This document shows, in pieces, positions 49,431-60,111 of a DNA stretch of 64,000 bases. Both the position numbers and the translations under genes were made by a program. The first letter of the stretch is position 1. Each line of letters begins with the position of its first letter. The notes under the pieces are model-generated. The model did no database searches and was not told where the DNA came from. It saw only the letters and a program-made list of their open reading frames with translations. Where the stretch lies: the NCBI GenBank assembly GCA_903884005.1, contig CAISDA010000072.1:25284-89283 (forward strand), in the 5' to 3' direction. This stretch comes from an uncultured Ignavibacteriota bacterium. GTDB lineage: Bacteria; Bacteroidota; Ignavibacteria; UBA10030; UBA8401.

Positions 49431-50318
49431 ATGAAAAATATTTTTCTCTTGCTTATGCTGGCACTGTTGATCACCGCACCTTCTTTATCGCAGATCGACA
49501 GCCATTTTGGCTATATCGATGAAAAGGAAATAGCACAATTTGCCAAACCGCTGGTGACGTCTCTTGGCATTGCCATGAATACGGGCGCGTTTCATACCGC
49601 ACATATACCCACGTTCTTCGGATTTTCCATCGGGGTCAGGGGGATGATCATGATGATCCCCGACAATCAAAAGACATTCACGCCCGCAATTCCCGCCGGG
49701 TATAAATCGGCCACGGGCACGAATGAAACTGCGACGTTCTATGGCACTGACGGGGGCGTTTATTCGGGGCCGGGCGGCTTCATCACATATCCGAGCGGCG
49801 TGAACGAATCGACGCTGCCGTTCGTTTTTCCCCAGGCAACGGTGAGCATCTTGGGCACCGAATTGCTCCTTCGCTATGTTCCGTTAAATATTAAAGAAAC
49901 AAAAATAAATCTCTTCGGCATAGGACTGAAGCACAGCGTCAGCCAGTACATCCCCTTCTGTCCGGTCGATCTTGCCGTGCAGGTGCTCTATAATAAATTC
50001 AACGTCGAAAATTTGGTCACGTCAACGCATATAGCATTCAGCGGGCAGGTCAGTAAAACATTTGCCGTCGTCACTGCGTATGGAGGCGTGCAGTATGAAT
50101 CGTCGAAGCTTACATTCGACTACAACATCAAGGGAGATCCCACGAGCGCGAATCCGTTATTACAGACCGACAGAAAAGTGTCCGCCGATGTGACGGGAGA
50201 TAATTCGATGAGACTCACGGTCGGCGGCGCGCTGAGCCTTGGATTCTTCGTGCTGAATGCCGATTACAGTGTGGGTTCACAACCGGTTGCTTCTGCCGGA
50301 ATAACTTTTGAATTTTAA
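49431..50318 (+). CDS. Hypothetical secreted/outer-membrane beta-barrel-like protein.
   Basis: Strong SD AGGAGG. Signal peptide. Alternating amphipathic beta-strand pattern. C-terminal ...AGITFEF (terminal aromatic). Confidence 0.5.
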   Translation: MKNIFLLLMLALLITAPSLSQIDSHFGYIDEKEIAQFAKPLVTSLGIAMNTGAFHTAHIPTFFGFSIGVRGMIMMIPDNQKTFTPAIPAGYKSATGTNETATFYGTDGGVYSGPGGFITYPSGVNESTLPFVFPQATVSILGTELLLRYVPLNIKETKINLFGIGLKHSVSQYIPFCPVDLAVQVLYNKFNVENLVTSTHIAFSGQVSKTFAVVTAYGGVQYESSKLTFDYNIKGDPTSANPLLQTDRKVSADVTGDNSMRLTVGGALSLGFFVLNADYSVGSQPVASAGITFEF

Positions 50319-50332
50319 ACAGGAGAAGAGCC

Positions 50333-50905
50333 ATGAAACGATTTCGCTTTTTATTGTTCCTCTTTATCGTGCCGGCAGCGGCGTTGTTGTTCAACGGCTG
50401 TATTTTAGATGCATTCAAGAATCTTGTACAAAACATGCCCATCGACTACACCTTTACACTTTCGGGCAACACTACGGCGATACCAAAACAAACGGGAACA
50501 TTTACACTGAACGATTCGAAGACCTATCGGGATAACAAGGACAAGGTAAAGCAGCTGCGGTACAAGGCGGCGGCATTCTGCGTTTCATCGAACACGGTAC
50601 CGTCGCTGCAGGGGGACATCATACTCACGCTGAAGGCGGGAAGCGGCATCGGCGCAACAACGTTATTTTCGAAGACGCTCGCGGGTTTCAAGCCCAACGA
50701 TTACCTGGGCATTCAAGCCAAAGACCTGCCTCTGACGCAGACGGAAATAAACGCGATCAACTCATACCTGAGCAACAGCGACCTGTTCAGTTCAATGGTG
50801 TTTACCACCGAACTGTCGGTGCAGAATGCTACGCCGGCAAACACCACTATCGCGCTCACATGCTTTTTGAGCCTGGCCCTGGAGATGACGCTGAATCTTG
50901 AGTGA
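50333..50905 (+). CDS. Hypothetical lipoprotein.
   Basis: SD AGGAGA. Signal peptide with lipobox LLFNGC. 14-nt gap after the upstream gene. Confidence 0.5.
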   Translation: MKRFRFLLFLFIVPAAALLFNGCILDAFKNLVQNMPIDYTFTLSGNTTAIPKQTGTFTLNDSKTYRDNKDKVKQLRYKAAAFCVSSNTVPSLQGDIILTLKAGSGIGATTLFSKTLAGFKPNDYLGIQAKDLPLTQTEINAINSYLSNSDLFSSMVFTTELSVQNATPANTTIALTCFLSLALEMTLNLE

Positions 50906-50999
50906 TGAGTCGGAAGTCCGGCAGGCATAGAGCGGAGTGAGCTGCGAACATCACCGGCTGACGTGAAGGAGTCAGCCGGTGATGTGTTTTGTGATGTGC

Positions 51000-52112
51000 T
51001 TAGTGATGCGTTTTCGGAACCTTCAGGAAGAATGTCGCCCCCTGCCCCGTCTCGCTCTCGAGCCAGAGCGAACATTGATTCGCTTCGGCCAGTTTTTGCG
51101 CGATGTAGAGACCGAGCCCCGATCCCTGCTGTTCGTGTTTTTCCCGGTTGATCTGGTAGAATTTTTGAAATACCTCCAGCTGATATTCCTTTGCGATGCC
51201 GATGCCGTTGTCTCTGATCACGAATGTGCTCACATCATCATCTTCCGTGCAGCGAATCTCGATCAGGCCACCGGGCGGTGTGAATTTGATCGCATTATCG
51301 ATGAGCCGGCGGAGTACGTTTTCGATATGCGGCAGATACGCAGCGAGTCCGATGGAGGCCTGGATCTCGGGCAGAGTGATGCGCAAATCTTTTTTCCTGA
51401 TGACCGGTTCGAAATCCTGCATGATGCGATCGATGAGCTGATAGGGAGAGATAAATCCCTCCTGGCTGCCGGCTTCACGCACAATGTCATTCGATTCGAT
51501 CTTCACAACGAAGAGGAAATCTTCCACCATGGAGTTGAGCCGTTTGCTGCCTGCTTTGAGCATCTCGAGAAATTCGGTAAAATCTTCCGCCGAGAGCGAA
51601 TCTTTTCCTTCAGCCAGGATCTCCGTGGCGCCGAGGATGGAGGTGAGCGGAGTGCGCATTTCGTGCGAGATGATGTTGAAGAGTTGGCTCTTCATCTGTT
51701 CTATCTGATGCGTAAACGAATCGCTGAGCTGCTGGCGGCGTTTCAATTTTCCTTTGATCACCGAGAGCAGAAAATCCGGTTCGAATGGCTTCGTGATGTA
51801 CTCGTCGCTGCCCAGTTCTTTGCCGATCTTCACATGGGCAAAATCGCTGTGCCCCGACACGAAGATGAACGGAGTGTTTTGGAGACGCGGATTTTGGCGG
51901 ACACGGGAGAAAAAATCGAACCCGGAAAATTCCGGCATCGTCACATCGGAAATGATGATATCGGGTGTGATCGTTTCCAGCATCTGGAGCGCATGAGGAA
52001 CATCCAATGCTTTGGAAACAGAATATCCTTCCATTTCAAGGATCGAGGCCGTGATGTCCAGCAGATCGGGTTCATCGTCCACAATGAGAATGACATATTT
52101 CGGATCGGCCAT
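51000..52112 (-). CDS. Hybrid two-component protein: N-terminal response-regulator receiver domain fused to HisKA-HATPase histidine kinase core (no TM region).
   Basis: REC domain (ILIVDDEPDLLD...phospho-Asp context IIISDVTMP). H-box ISHEMRTPL. N/G-boxes (RLIDNAIKFT, IRDNGIGI, GSGLGL). Start at the internal ATG at 52112. Confidence 0.8.
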   Translation of the reverse strand: MADPKYVILIVDDEPDLLDITASILEMEGYSVSKALDVPHALQMLETITPDIIISDVTMPEFSGFDFFSRVRQNPRLQNTPFIFVSGHSDFAHVKIGKELGSDEYITKPFEPDFLLSVIKGKLKRRQQLSDSFTHQIEQMKSQLFNIISHEMRTPLTSILGATEILAEGKDSLSAEDFTEFLEMLKAGSKRLNSMVEDFLFVVKIESNDIVREAGSQEGFISPYQLIDRIMQDFEPVIRKKDLRITLPEIQASIGLAAYLPHIENVLRRLIDNAIKFTPPGGLIEIRCTEDDDVSTFVIRDNGIGIAKEYQLEVFQKFYQINREKHEQQGSGLGLYIAQKLAEANQCSLWLESETGQGATFFLKVPKTHH

Positions 52113-52137
52113 AGAGTCGCAGTCTAAGTGATAAAAA

Positions 52138-52911
52138 CTAGAGGGACTTCCGTAACACATCGAGCATCGCCTGATGGATGATGCCGTTTGATGCCAGCGT
52201 GTTCGGTGTGTAAATACTGTCGGGATTGCCGAGGATGTCGGTGACACGACCGCCCGCTTCGCGGACGAGGAGCACGCCTGCCGCCTTATCCCACGGAAAG
52301 AGCGTCATTTCCCAATACCCGTCGAGCCGGCCGGCCGCAATGTAGGCCAGGTCGATGGCGGCGGAGCCGAGTCGTCGGATCCCCTGCGCTTCCATCAAAA
52401 AATTATTAAAATGCTCGATGATGCGTCCCGGATGTTCCCGGATGGTGTACGGGAATCCGGTGACGAGCAAGCTGTTGATGAGCGAATCGGCGGCCGACAC
52501 ATGGAGCCGGGTGCCGTTGCAAAATGCGCCCTTCCCTTTTTCAGCGCTGAATACTTCGTCGGCGCTCGGGTCGTATACCACACCGGCAACAATCTCTCCC
52601 CGATACTCGACGGCGATCGAGACGGAAAACAGCGGCAGCCCATGTGCAAAATTTGTCGTTCCATCCAGGGGATCGATGACCCATCGGTAGTCCGATACGA
52701 TCGCATGACTCCCGCTCTCTTCGGCGAGAATATCGTGCGATGGAAAGCGCTCATGAATTTTGGCGATGATGAGCGCTTCGGCCAGTTTGTCGAACTCCGT
52801 CACGAGATTGGTCGCTTCGCCCTGTTTGCGTTCGATGGACGTGATCTTGCCGACGCCTTCACGCAACAATTTTCCCGCTTCACGGGCGGCTTCAATGGCT
52901 GTAGTAAGCAT
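52138..52911 (-). CDS. Inositol monophosphatase family protein.
   Basis: IMPase motifs WVIDPLDGTTNF and the downstream metal-binding Asp/Gly-rich segments. Confidence 0.85.
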   Translation of the reverse strand: MLTTAIEAAREAGKLLREGVGKITSIERKQGEATNLVTEFDKLAEALIIAKIHERFPSHDILAEESGSHAIVSDYRWVIDPLDGTTNFAHGLPLFSVSIAVEYRGEIVAGVVYDPSADEVFSAEKGKGAFCNGTRLHVSAADSLINSLLVTGFPYTIREHPGRIIEHFNNFLMEAQGIRRLGSAAIDLAYIAAGRLDGYWEMTLFPWDKAAGVLLVREAGGRVTDILGNPDSIYTPNTLASNGIIHQAMLDVLRKSL

Positions 52912-53062
52912 TCACATTCTGTTGGTTTAAATTGTCAACACATAAGATAAAGTACTCAATTATTTCGCGATGTTCAATTTGTTTCTGAGAAACAACACCG
53001 CTATATTTCGGTTCGGATCGCACACGCACTGATCGCGCATTGCACACAGGAATGAGACCGCC

Positions 53063-54439
53063 ATGGGAACGACATCATTGATGGACATGCTCCGCCGGGG
53101 CATTGACGCGCACGGAGCGTGGGCATCGAACTGGGAAGATTTTTCACCCGACGGCACGCTGGCAGTGTCCGAGGCGGATGCGCACGCCGCTCTCGACGCA
53201 TTATCGGAGCGGCTGCGCGAGAACTACCCATTTTTCCATCCCGACTATGCAGGACAGATGATCAAGCCCCCGCATCCCGTGGCGATCGCAGCGTATATGA
53301 CCGCTATGCTTGTCAATCCCAACAACCACGCTCTTGACGGCGGGCCGGCGACTGCGCGCATGGAACTGGATGCCGTGGAGGATATTGCGCGGATGTTCGG
53401 CTTACCGACACATCTCGGACATTTGACATCGGGCGGGACGATGGCGAACATTGAGGCGTTGTGGGTGGGCCGGACGCTGCATCCAGACAAAGCTGTCGCG
53501 TATTCTTCCGCGGCTCATTACACGCATCAACGGATGTGCGGCGTGCTGCAGATTCCGTCGCGAGAGATCCGCACGGATGGCAACGGCAGAATGGATCTGG
53601 GTGAACTGGAGGATGCGCTCCGATCGGGCGGAATCGGAACCATCGTTGCAACGATGGGGACAACATCGCTGGGTGCGGTCGATCCGCTGGACCGGATCAT
53701 TCCGCTGGCGAAACGGTACGGTGCGCGCGTGCATGCCGATGCGGCATACGGAGGATTCTTCATGCTCTGCGCGGCACAGGATCCGGTGCCAATCCATGCG
53801 GCCCCCTTCCACTCGCTGAAGGAGTGCGACAGCATTGTCGTGGATCCGCACAAGCACGGGCTGCAGCCGTACGGCTGCGGGTGCATACTCTTCCGCGATC
53901 CCTCTGTCGGCACGCTGTACAAGCATGAATCGCCGTACACCTATTTCACATCCAAAGAATTGCATCTTGGCGAAATTTCACTTGAATGCTCGCGCGCCGG
54001 CGCCTCGGCTGCGGCACTGTGGTGCACGCTCCAGTGCCTTCCGCTCAGGAGCGACAAGGGATTGGGGCCGATCGTTGCGGCAACGCGCGCCGCCGCCCTT
54101 GAGTGGAGCGCCCTTGCCAAGCACAGCAGCGTGGTGCTTCCCTTCACCTCCCCGGACCTGGACATCGTCACCTACCTGCCGCGCACCGAGCCATTCAGCG
54201 CGTCGATGGTTTCTGCAGCCACCGAAAAAATATTCCGGGCTCTGATGGAGCGGAAAGAACACCCGATCTATGTGGCAACGCTCACCGTCGACGCCGGGGC
54301 GATCTACAATACCTACCCGTCGTTTCATGCAGACCAGCCGACGGCGGTAATCTTCCGTTCTGTGCTGATGAAGCCCGAGCATCGGCATACTGTTGGAACA
54401 CTGTTCCATGAAATAGAGGCCATGATCGCTCCCTCGTAA
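53063..54439 (+). CDS. Pyridoxal-dependent amino-acid decarboxylase (group II, fold-type I).
   Basis: PLP-Lys context SIVVDPHKHGLQPYGCG plus SGGTMANIEAL, the group II decarboxylase signature. Confidence 0.7.
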   Translation: MGTTSLMDMLRRGIDAHGAWASNWEDFSPDGTLAVSEADAHAALDALSERLRENYPFFHPDYAGQMIKPPHPVAIAAYMTAMLVNPNNHALDGGPATARMELDAVEDIARMFGLPTHLGHLTSGGTMANIEALWVGRTLHPDKAVAYSSAAHYTHQRMCGVLQIPSREIRTDGNGRMDLGELEDALRSGGIGTIVATMGTTSLGAVDPLDRIIPLAKRYGARVHADAAYGGFFMLCAAQDPVPIHAAPFHSLKECDSIVVDPHKHGLQPYGCGCILFRDPSVGTLYKHESPYTYFTSKELHLGEISLECSRAGASAAALWCTLQCLPLRSDKGLGPIVAATRAAALEWSALAKHSSVVLPFTSPDLDIVTYLPRTEPFSASMVSAATEKIFRALMERKEHPIYVATLTVDAGAIYNTYPSFHADQPTAVIFRSVLMKPEHRHTVGTLFHEIEAMIAPS

Positions 54440-54625
54440 CTCACAAAAATTTGCACCGCTTCACCCGAGCGGGCGAGATACCATCTTGCCCTACATGCGC
54501 ACCGATGAAAGAACATGTAGAAGAATTTATATTTTACCGACGGAACAAATGCATCCGGTTGGCGTGTTACACCTGTTGATAACAGGATACAGACCGAGCA
54601 GATCTCTCAGGGGAATACAATAACT

Positions 54626-56908
54626 ATGAAGACCGTTTGCACAATTGTAGCGCTCTTATTGATGAGCGCAGCACCATCGGGATCGCAGACAAAGACGGGG
54701 ATACTGCGCGGGACGGTCATCAACGGCATGACAAAGGAACCGGTTGTTGGAGCGAATGTGGTGCTCAATGGGACCACGCTTGGCGCATCAACGAACGCGA
54801 ACGGCACGTTCGATATTTTCACTATTCCCGTCGGGAACTACGGCATCCGAGTATCGGCGGTCGGATATAAGCCCATCGTCAAAACTGATATCGTAGTCTC
54901 CAGCGGAAAGCCGGCGAGTCTGTCAATCGAGATGATGGAAACGGTCGTGGAATTCGAAGGCGTCACCGTGACCACCGAATTTTTTCAGAAGAATGACGAA
55001 TCGCCCATTTCCTTGCAGACGCTCGGCGCAGAAGAGATACGGAGGCTGCCCGGCGGATTGGAAGATGTCGTGCGCGCTGTATCTATTCTTCCCGGTGTGG
55101 CGCAGGTGCAGGCCGGAAGGAACGACCTGATCGTGCGGGGCGGCGCACCATCCGAGAATCTGTTCGTGGTCGATAATATTGAAGTGCCGAACATCAATCA
55201 CTTCGGCACACAGGGGGCAAGCGGCGGCCCGCTGAGTTTCATCAACCTCGATTATGTGAACGAGACGACATTCAAGACCGGCGGGTTCGGGGCGCAGTAC
55301 GGCGACAAACTGTCGTCGGTGCTCACGATCGACCTGAAAGACGGACGCACGGATAAGCTCGGCGGCAAGGTCACGATCGCCGCGACGCAATTCGGGTTGA
55401 ATCTGGAAGGCCCGGTGGACCAGGATGGTTCGTTCATCTTTTCCGCACGCAGGAGTTTTCTGGATTTCATTTTTAAGGCGGCGGGATTCGGCTTCGTTCC
55501 CGAATATTGGGACTTTCTCGGGAAGGCGACATTCCGCTTATCGGAGCACGACCGGCTCACGGTGGTCGGCGTTGCCGCGCTCGATGATGTGAAGCAGTTC
55601 AATGAGACGGAGAAAAAGCGTTTTGATAATTCACGCATCCTCGCCAGCGACCAGAAGCAGGCCGTGGGAGGCGTGAGCTGGCGGCATCTGCTTGGCCGCG
55701 GGTATACCTCCGTCACGCTCGGCCAATCGTATGTGGATTACGACACACGGCAGAACGACTCGCTCCTGACGCCCATCTTCACGAACAAATCGCTCGAATA
55801 TGAATCGTCGCTCCGGGGAGACATCGTGTATCAATTTTCGAAGACGGCGGAACTCAGCGGCGGTGTGCAGGGAAAAGTGATCCGTTTCTGGAGCGATCTG
55901 TTCCTCCGCCCGTTTACGTCGAGTCTCGGCGGCGCGGCGTTCGGTGCGCACTCAACGTATGATACGACGGCATATAAGGCAGCGCTGTACGTGCAGTACT
56001 CGCAGCAACTGGACAGGCTTCGCGTGACCGCCGGCGTTCGGGCGGATTATTTTAATGCGATCACCAACAGCTCCGCATTTTCTCCGCGCATCACGGCGTC
56101 GTATGCTCTCGACGAGATCACGAATCTGACATGCAGCGCGGGGCGCTATCATCAGGCTCCCGCCATGATCTGGCTCGTCTCTAATCCGGCGGTGAATGCA
56201 CACCTGGAGCACATCCGCGTCGACCAGCTTGTTGCCGGCTGGGACCGGTTGTTGAGAAATGATGTGAAGCTCAGCCTCGAAGCCTATTACAAGGACTATG
56301 GAAAGTATCCAGTGAGCCTCACGCGGCCGTATCTGGTCATGGCCAACACCGGCGCCGGGTTCGGAGGGGCGGAAGAGGGATTTGCATCGTACGGCACTGA
56401 TCCACTGGCGAGCATTGGCACGGGACGGTCCCGCGGAGTAGAATTTTTCCTGCAGAAAAAATCGTCCGATGTGCCCTACTACGGGCTGGTGAGCATCAGC
56501 TACAATGTGGCGGAATTCACCGCGCTCGACGGCATCGAGCGCCCCGGAAGTTTCGATCAGCGATGGATCGTCAATGTGGGAGGCGGGTATATATTCAACG
56601 AGCGATGGGAAGCCGGCATGAAATTCCGCTATGCGACTGGCCGGCCGTACACGCCGTTCAATGCGGACGGCACACAAGACCCGGCATTGTACAACACTGA
56701 ACGCATCGTTGCCAATCACAGTCTGGACGTCAGGCTTGACCGGCGCTGGATGTTTATTGGCTGGTCGTTCATCGCATATGTGGACATACAGAACATCTAC
56801 AATCGCAAGCCGGTGGATGTGCCGCGCTATAACCAGGAACTGAAACAGACCGAACAGCTCTCAAGCATCGGAATACTGCCGTCCATCGGCCTGAGCGCCG
56901 AATTTTAA
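54626..56908 (+). CDS. TonB-dependent outer-membrane receptor with N-terminal carboxypeptidase-regulatory-like domain.
   Basis: Signal peptide. CarbopepD_reg-like GTVINGMTKEPVVGANVVL. Plug domain. Long barrel with terminal ...GLSAEF. Confidence 0.85.
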   Translation: MKTVCTIVALLLMSAAPSGSQTKTGILRGTVINGMTKEPVVGANVVLNGTTLGASTNANGTFDIFTIPVGNYGIRVSAVGYKPIVKTDIVVSSGKPASLSIEMMETVVEFEGVTVTTEFFQKNDESPISLQTLGAEEIRRLPGGLEDVVRAVSILPGVAQVQAGRNDLIVRGGAPSENLFVVDNIEVPNINHFGTQGASGGPLSFINLDYVNETTFKTGGFGAQYGDKLSSVLTIDLKDGRTDKLGGKVTIAATQFGLNLEGPVDQDGSFIFSARRSFLDFIFKAAGFGFVPEYWDFLGKATFRLSEHDRLTVVGVAALDDVKQFNETEKKRFDNSRILASDQKQAVGGVSWRHLLGRGYTSVTLGQSYVDYDTRQNDSLLTPIFTNKSLEYESSLRGDIVYQFSKTAELSGGVQGKVIRFWSDLFLRPFTSSLGGAAFGAHSTYDTTAYKAALYVQYSQQLDRLRVTAGVRADYFNAITNSSAFSPRITASYALDEITNLTCSAGRYHQAPAMIWLVSNPAVNAHLEHIRVDQLVAGWDRLLRNDVKLSLEAYYKDYGKYPVSLTRPYLVMANTGAGFGGAEEGFASYGTDPLASIGTGRSRGVEFFLQKKSSDVPYYGLVSISYNVAEFTALDGIERPGSFDQRWIVNVGGGYIFNERWEAGMKFRYATGRPYTPFNADGTQDPALYNTERIVANHSLDVRLDRRWMFIGWSFIAYVDIQNIYNRKPVDVPRYNQELKQTEQLSSIGILPSIGLSAEF

Positions 56909-57026
56909 CGAGCGTGCATCGAATGCGCACGGCGAACTACCCGCGTGCGTCAATCGGAGCCGTTCGGGGATCGCCATTTTTCTGCATGCCAGGAACACGC
57001 CGTAACATTTCGTCCTTAAATAACAA

Positions 57027-57061
57027 CACCGCGGAGGAATGCTCCTGCGGTGTTTTTTTTT
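57027..57061 (+). terminator. Rho-independent terminator downstream of the TonB-dependent receptor gene.
   Basis: CACCGCGGAGGA-atg-CTCCTGCGGTG imperfect hairpin followed by T9. Confidence 0.5.
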
Positions 57062-57091
57062 GCGGAGGTCGAGACCTCTTTGGGCATCCGG

Positions 57092-58045
57092 TCAGGCGGC
57101 CTTAAATTGTTTCATTTTTTTATACTCGCCGTAGGTGCGGAGAACTTCGGCGGGTGTTTTGTTGCCGAGTTCGCTTGCCTTACGGGTGTTGTTGTATCCA
57201 TCGATGAACGCCTGCATCTTCTTCACCAGTTCCTCGGGCTCCCACTCTGTGTTAGTCTTATAAAATTCGTTCTCATCGATGCGGTGCGACCGGTCGACCT
57301 TCCTGTTTCGCACGATCCCACCGCGCTTCACGAGGATATGCGTCATACCCATATTTTCAACGTTCGCCGAGAAGGCATGGGTCTTCGCTCCGGGGTTCAC
57401 GATGCTTGTAAAGACGGTGTCGATCTTCGTCTGAACGCATACGATCGGGAACGGGAACGCATTGCGCATGTGCTGTATGAAATCGAGTGCATTGAGCGTC
57501 GAATGCGTTCGATAGAATTTTACGACACGCAGCCGGGTAATGCTGTCCAACGCCGTGTACTGCACGATATGCGAGTGCGGGAGCGGCACGCTGACGGAAA
57601 GCACACCCACCTGTATCACGTGGCCCGGCACGACTGGATTGGCAAACTGCTCGCGCATCGACTGGATGTTTGCTGCCGGACTCATCGGCGTGCGCTGGAA
57701 AATTTTCCAAATGGTGCGTTCCGACAGGCTGATGCCGTGTTGCTCGAGCAAAATATCGCGAATTTTTCTCGGGCCGTATCCGGTGTCGTTGCGCATTTGC
57801 TGGACCAGAACGCTGATCTCTCCCGAGGTCTGCTTCGGAGACCGGTGCGGTGTGCGCGATTGGTCGACGAGGCTTTCCGGATCCTGTCCGGCACGGCGGT
57901 AGCGCTTCAACCACTTGTAGAGCGTCTTACGGCTGATCGCGTATTTTTTGCACACGGTGTTGATATTAAGACACGATTCGTATTCATGCACCCAGAGTAA
58001 TCGTTCCGTCATTGATTCGGTCATGTTTTCCATAATATCCACCAA
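57092..58045 (-). mobile_element. IS481-like transposase ORF (HTH plus integrase-core/rve fold). Catalytic DDE residues look degenerate; no terminal inverted repeats identified.
   Basis: N-terminal HTH (KKYAISRKTLYKWLKRY) and rve-like core. Positions aligned by eye to the IS481 D/D/E read Q/G, ambiguous, and D. Confidence 0.55.
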
Positions 58046-58101
58046 GGTTATGTTGTTAATAATATTTTGACTGTGTATGTTGTTGATGCGATCCGAGTCG
58101 C

Positions 58102-59802
58102 TTATTTCGTCAAAAGAATTTTGTGCACCGACACGACGCCGCCCGCACGAAGCTCGGTGAGATACATACCGCTCGCCAGATTCGCTCCATTGAACGGTAC
58201 TTCATATTCGCCCTGCTGCATCTCCCCGTTCACGAGTGTTGCCACTTCCTGACCAAGCGCATTGAATATTTTCACGCTGACCGTGCCGGCTTGAAAGAGC
58301 TGGAACTTGATCATGGTCTGCGGATTGAACGGGTTGGGATAATTGCCGAGCAATTTCGACGCTTCCTGGCCGGTGCGTGACACTGCGGCGTTGAGCTCTT
58401 TCGAATATTCGAAGGCGCCGTTGCGGTCAACTTGTTTCAAGCGATAGACAACCGTTCCGGCCATGGGCATGTTATCGGAGTATGAATAGGTATGAGCCTG
58501 GTTCGATGAGCCGTTGCCGGCGACGAATCCGATTTTCTTCCAGAGGCCGTTCGTGTACCGGCGTTCGACGTCGAATCCATAGTTGTTGGTTTCTGTCGCT
58601 GTTGCCCATGCAAGCGAGACGGAGGTGCCGACGACATTCGCGCGGAATGTTGTCAACTCGACGGGCAGCGGATGCGAGACACTGGTCGAGTCAGAGGAAC
58701 TCGCACTGGAACCGATCCTCGTGTTCACGACGCGGTACTTCGGGTCGCCGATCACAACATCCATCCACGAAAGAAACGGTGACGCGCTGAAGAAGCTTTC
58801 TGCCAGCGAATATCCGTCCGCATACATCGGGAACAGGATACTTACATCGGCCATTGCGCTTGAATACGGTTCATACACATATCCCTTGACACCGGTCACG
58901 CCTTCGGCGATCATATCCGCGATCACAGATTGGCCATAGACGATCGGGGCGGATAGACTGCGCGCACCGTTCGATACATATGTTTCGGCGATCGCGCCGG
59001 GAAGATAGGTGTTATATTGTTTCGCATGGTCAGTCACAAGCGATGCATAGCGGTCGTTGCTTCCCCAGCTGACGTATCCGATCACATTGGTCTGGTGTGT
59101 GAGATACAGACTCGTTTTATCGAGCGTCACATTCAGGTTCTTTGCCTGCAACTGTGTTTTTGCGTTCGTCATGTTCGTGTTCAAATATCCGGCCTGACTG
59201 TCCCATGACGTGTCCTGGTCCATCACGAATGCGGCCGAGGCGGGGATGGAGGACGGGATTGTTGCGGCTCTGTCGATCAGTCCGTATACGTCGCTCACAG
59301 TGTATCCGTCCAAGCGCGTCACCAGGTAGATGTCGTAAACGGCGTGCGAAAAATCGCCATGCACGCCGAAATACGGCGAAAAAATACGGCTGTATCCGCC
59401 GATATACGACTGAAATCGTCCGAGAATGAGCATGAGTTCGCTTTCGACCGATGCGTTGAGATACAAATTGCCACGGTTGATCTTTAAGGGCATCCCCTTC
59501 GTGGTCACGATATAGTTGACGGTGTTCTGCAGGCCGCGGGCGACAATGATGGTCTCGAGCTTCGAGCGAAGATCCTGGAATTCCGCATCGGTGATCTCTT
59601 CGGTCACGGGAACCGCGATCCGAATGATATTCGTTGTCGGGATGTTGCGCTGCGTTGCAAAATACGATCCGATCTGTTCAGACACGGCACTGTTCGAGTT
59701 GATAACGACCAGCACGTCATTGTATGACTGCGATGCAAATGCTGATGCGGTCAGGGCGATGCAGGCGGTCAGGATGCTGAAGGTGATCGATAAAGTTTTC
59801 AT
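58102..59802 (-). CDS. Secreted hypothetical protein with T9SS C-terminal sorting domain.
   Basis: Signal peptide MKTLSITFSILTACIALTASAFA. C-terminal GNYPNPFNPQTMIKFQL...GMYLTELRAGG CTD. Start at the internal ATG at 59802. Confidence 0.7.
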   Translation of the reverse strand: MKTLSITFSILTACIALTASAFASQSYNDVLVVINSNSAVSEQIGSYFATQRNIPTTNIIRIAVPVTEEITDAEFQDLRSKLETIIVARGLQNTVNYIVTTKGMPLKINRGNLYLNASVESELMLILGRFQSYIGGYSRIFSPYFGVHGDFSHAVYDIYLVTRLDGYTVSDVYGLIDRAATIPSSIPASAAFVMDQDTSWDSQAGYLNTNMTNAKTQLQAKNLNVTLDKTSLYLTHQTNVIGYVSWGSNDRYASLVTDHAKQYNTYLPGAIAETYVSNGARSLSAPIVYGQSVIADMIAEGVTGVKGYVYEPYSSAMADVSILFPMYADGYSLAESFFSASPFLSWMDVVIGDPKYRVVNTRIGSSASSSDSTSVSHPLPVELTTFRANVVGTSVSLAWATATETNNYGFDVERRYTNGLWKKIGFVAGNGSSNQAHTYSYSDNMPMAGTVVYRLKQVDRNGAFEYSKELNAAVSRTGQEASKLLGNYPNPFNPQTMIKFQLFQAGTVSVKIFNALGQEVATLVNGEMQQGEYEVPFNGANLASGMYLTELRAGGVVSVHKILLTK

Positions 59803-60111
59803 TGTGTTCCTCGTTGTTCTTTGTGGGCATGCAGAAAGCCGTTCTGCCACTCAGTGGTCTATTGTTCTTGGCTATACATACATGGTCCCAACAACTGTGC
59901 CAATCGGCTTGTTATTTCCACTGATCGGTTTCACTCAATAAATTCGGCCTTTTTGAAAAAAATTATTTAAAAGTATTCTTCACGCCGGTGTATTTTGTAG
60001 AATGTACAGGCAAAGATTACATTGGAGTGCAGAAATTCCATAGCGAGTACACCCATGTCTGTAATGATTGCAGTGTGAGAGGCGTGATGAAGGTAAGAAT
60101 TGCACAGCATC

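Noticed and set aside
50979-52127. 382-aa plus-strand ORF.
   Set aside because: Antisense to the REC-HK hybrid gene, whose motifs (H-box, N/G boxes) are unambiguous on the minus strand.
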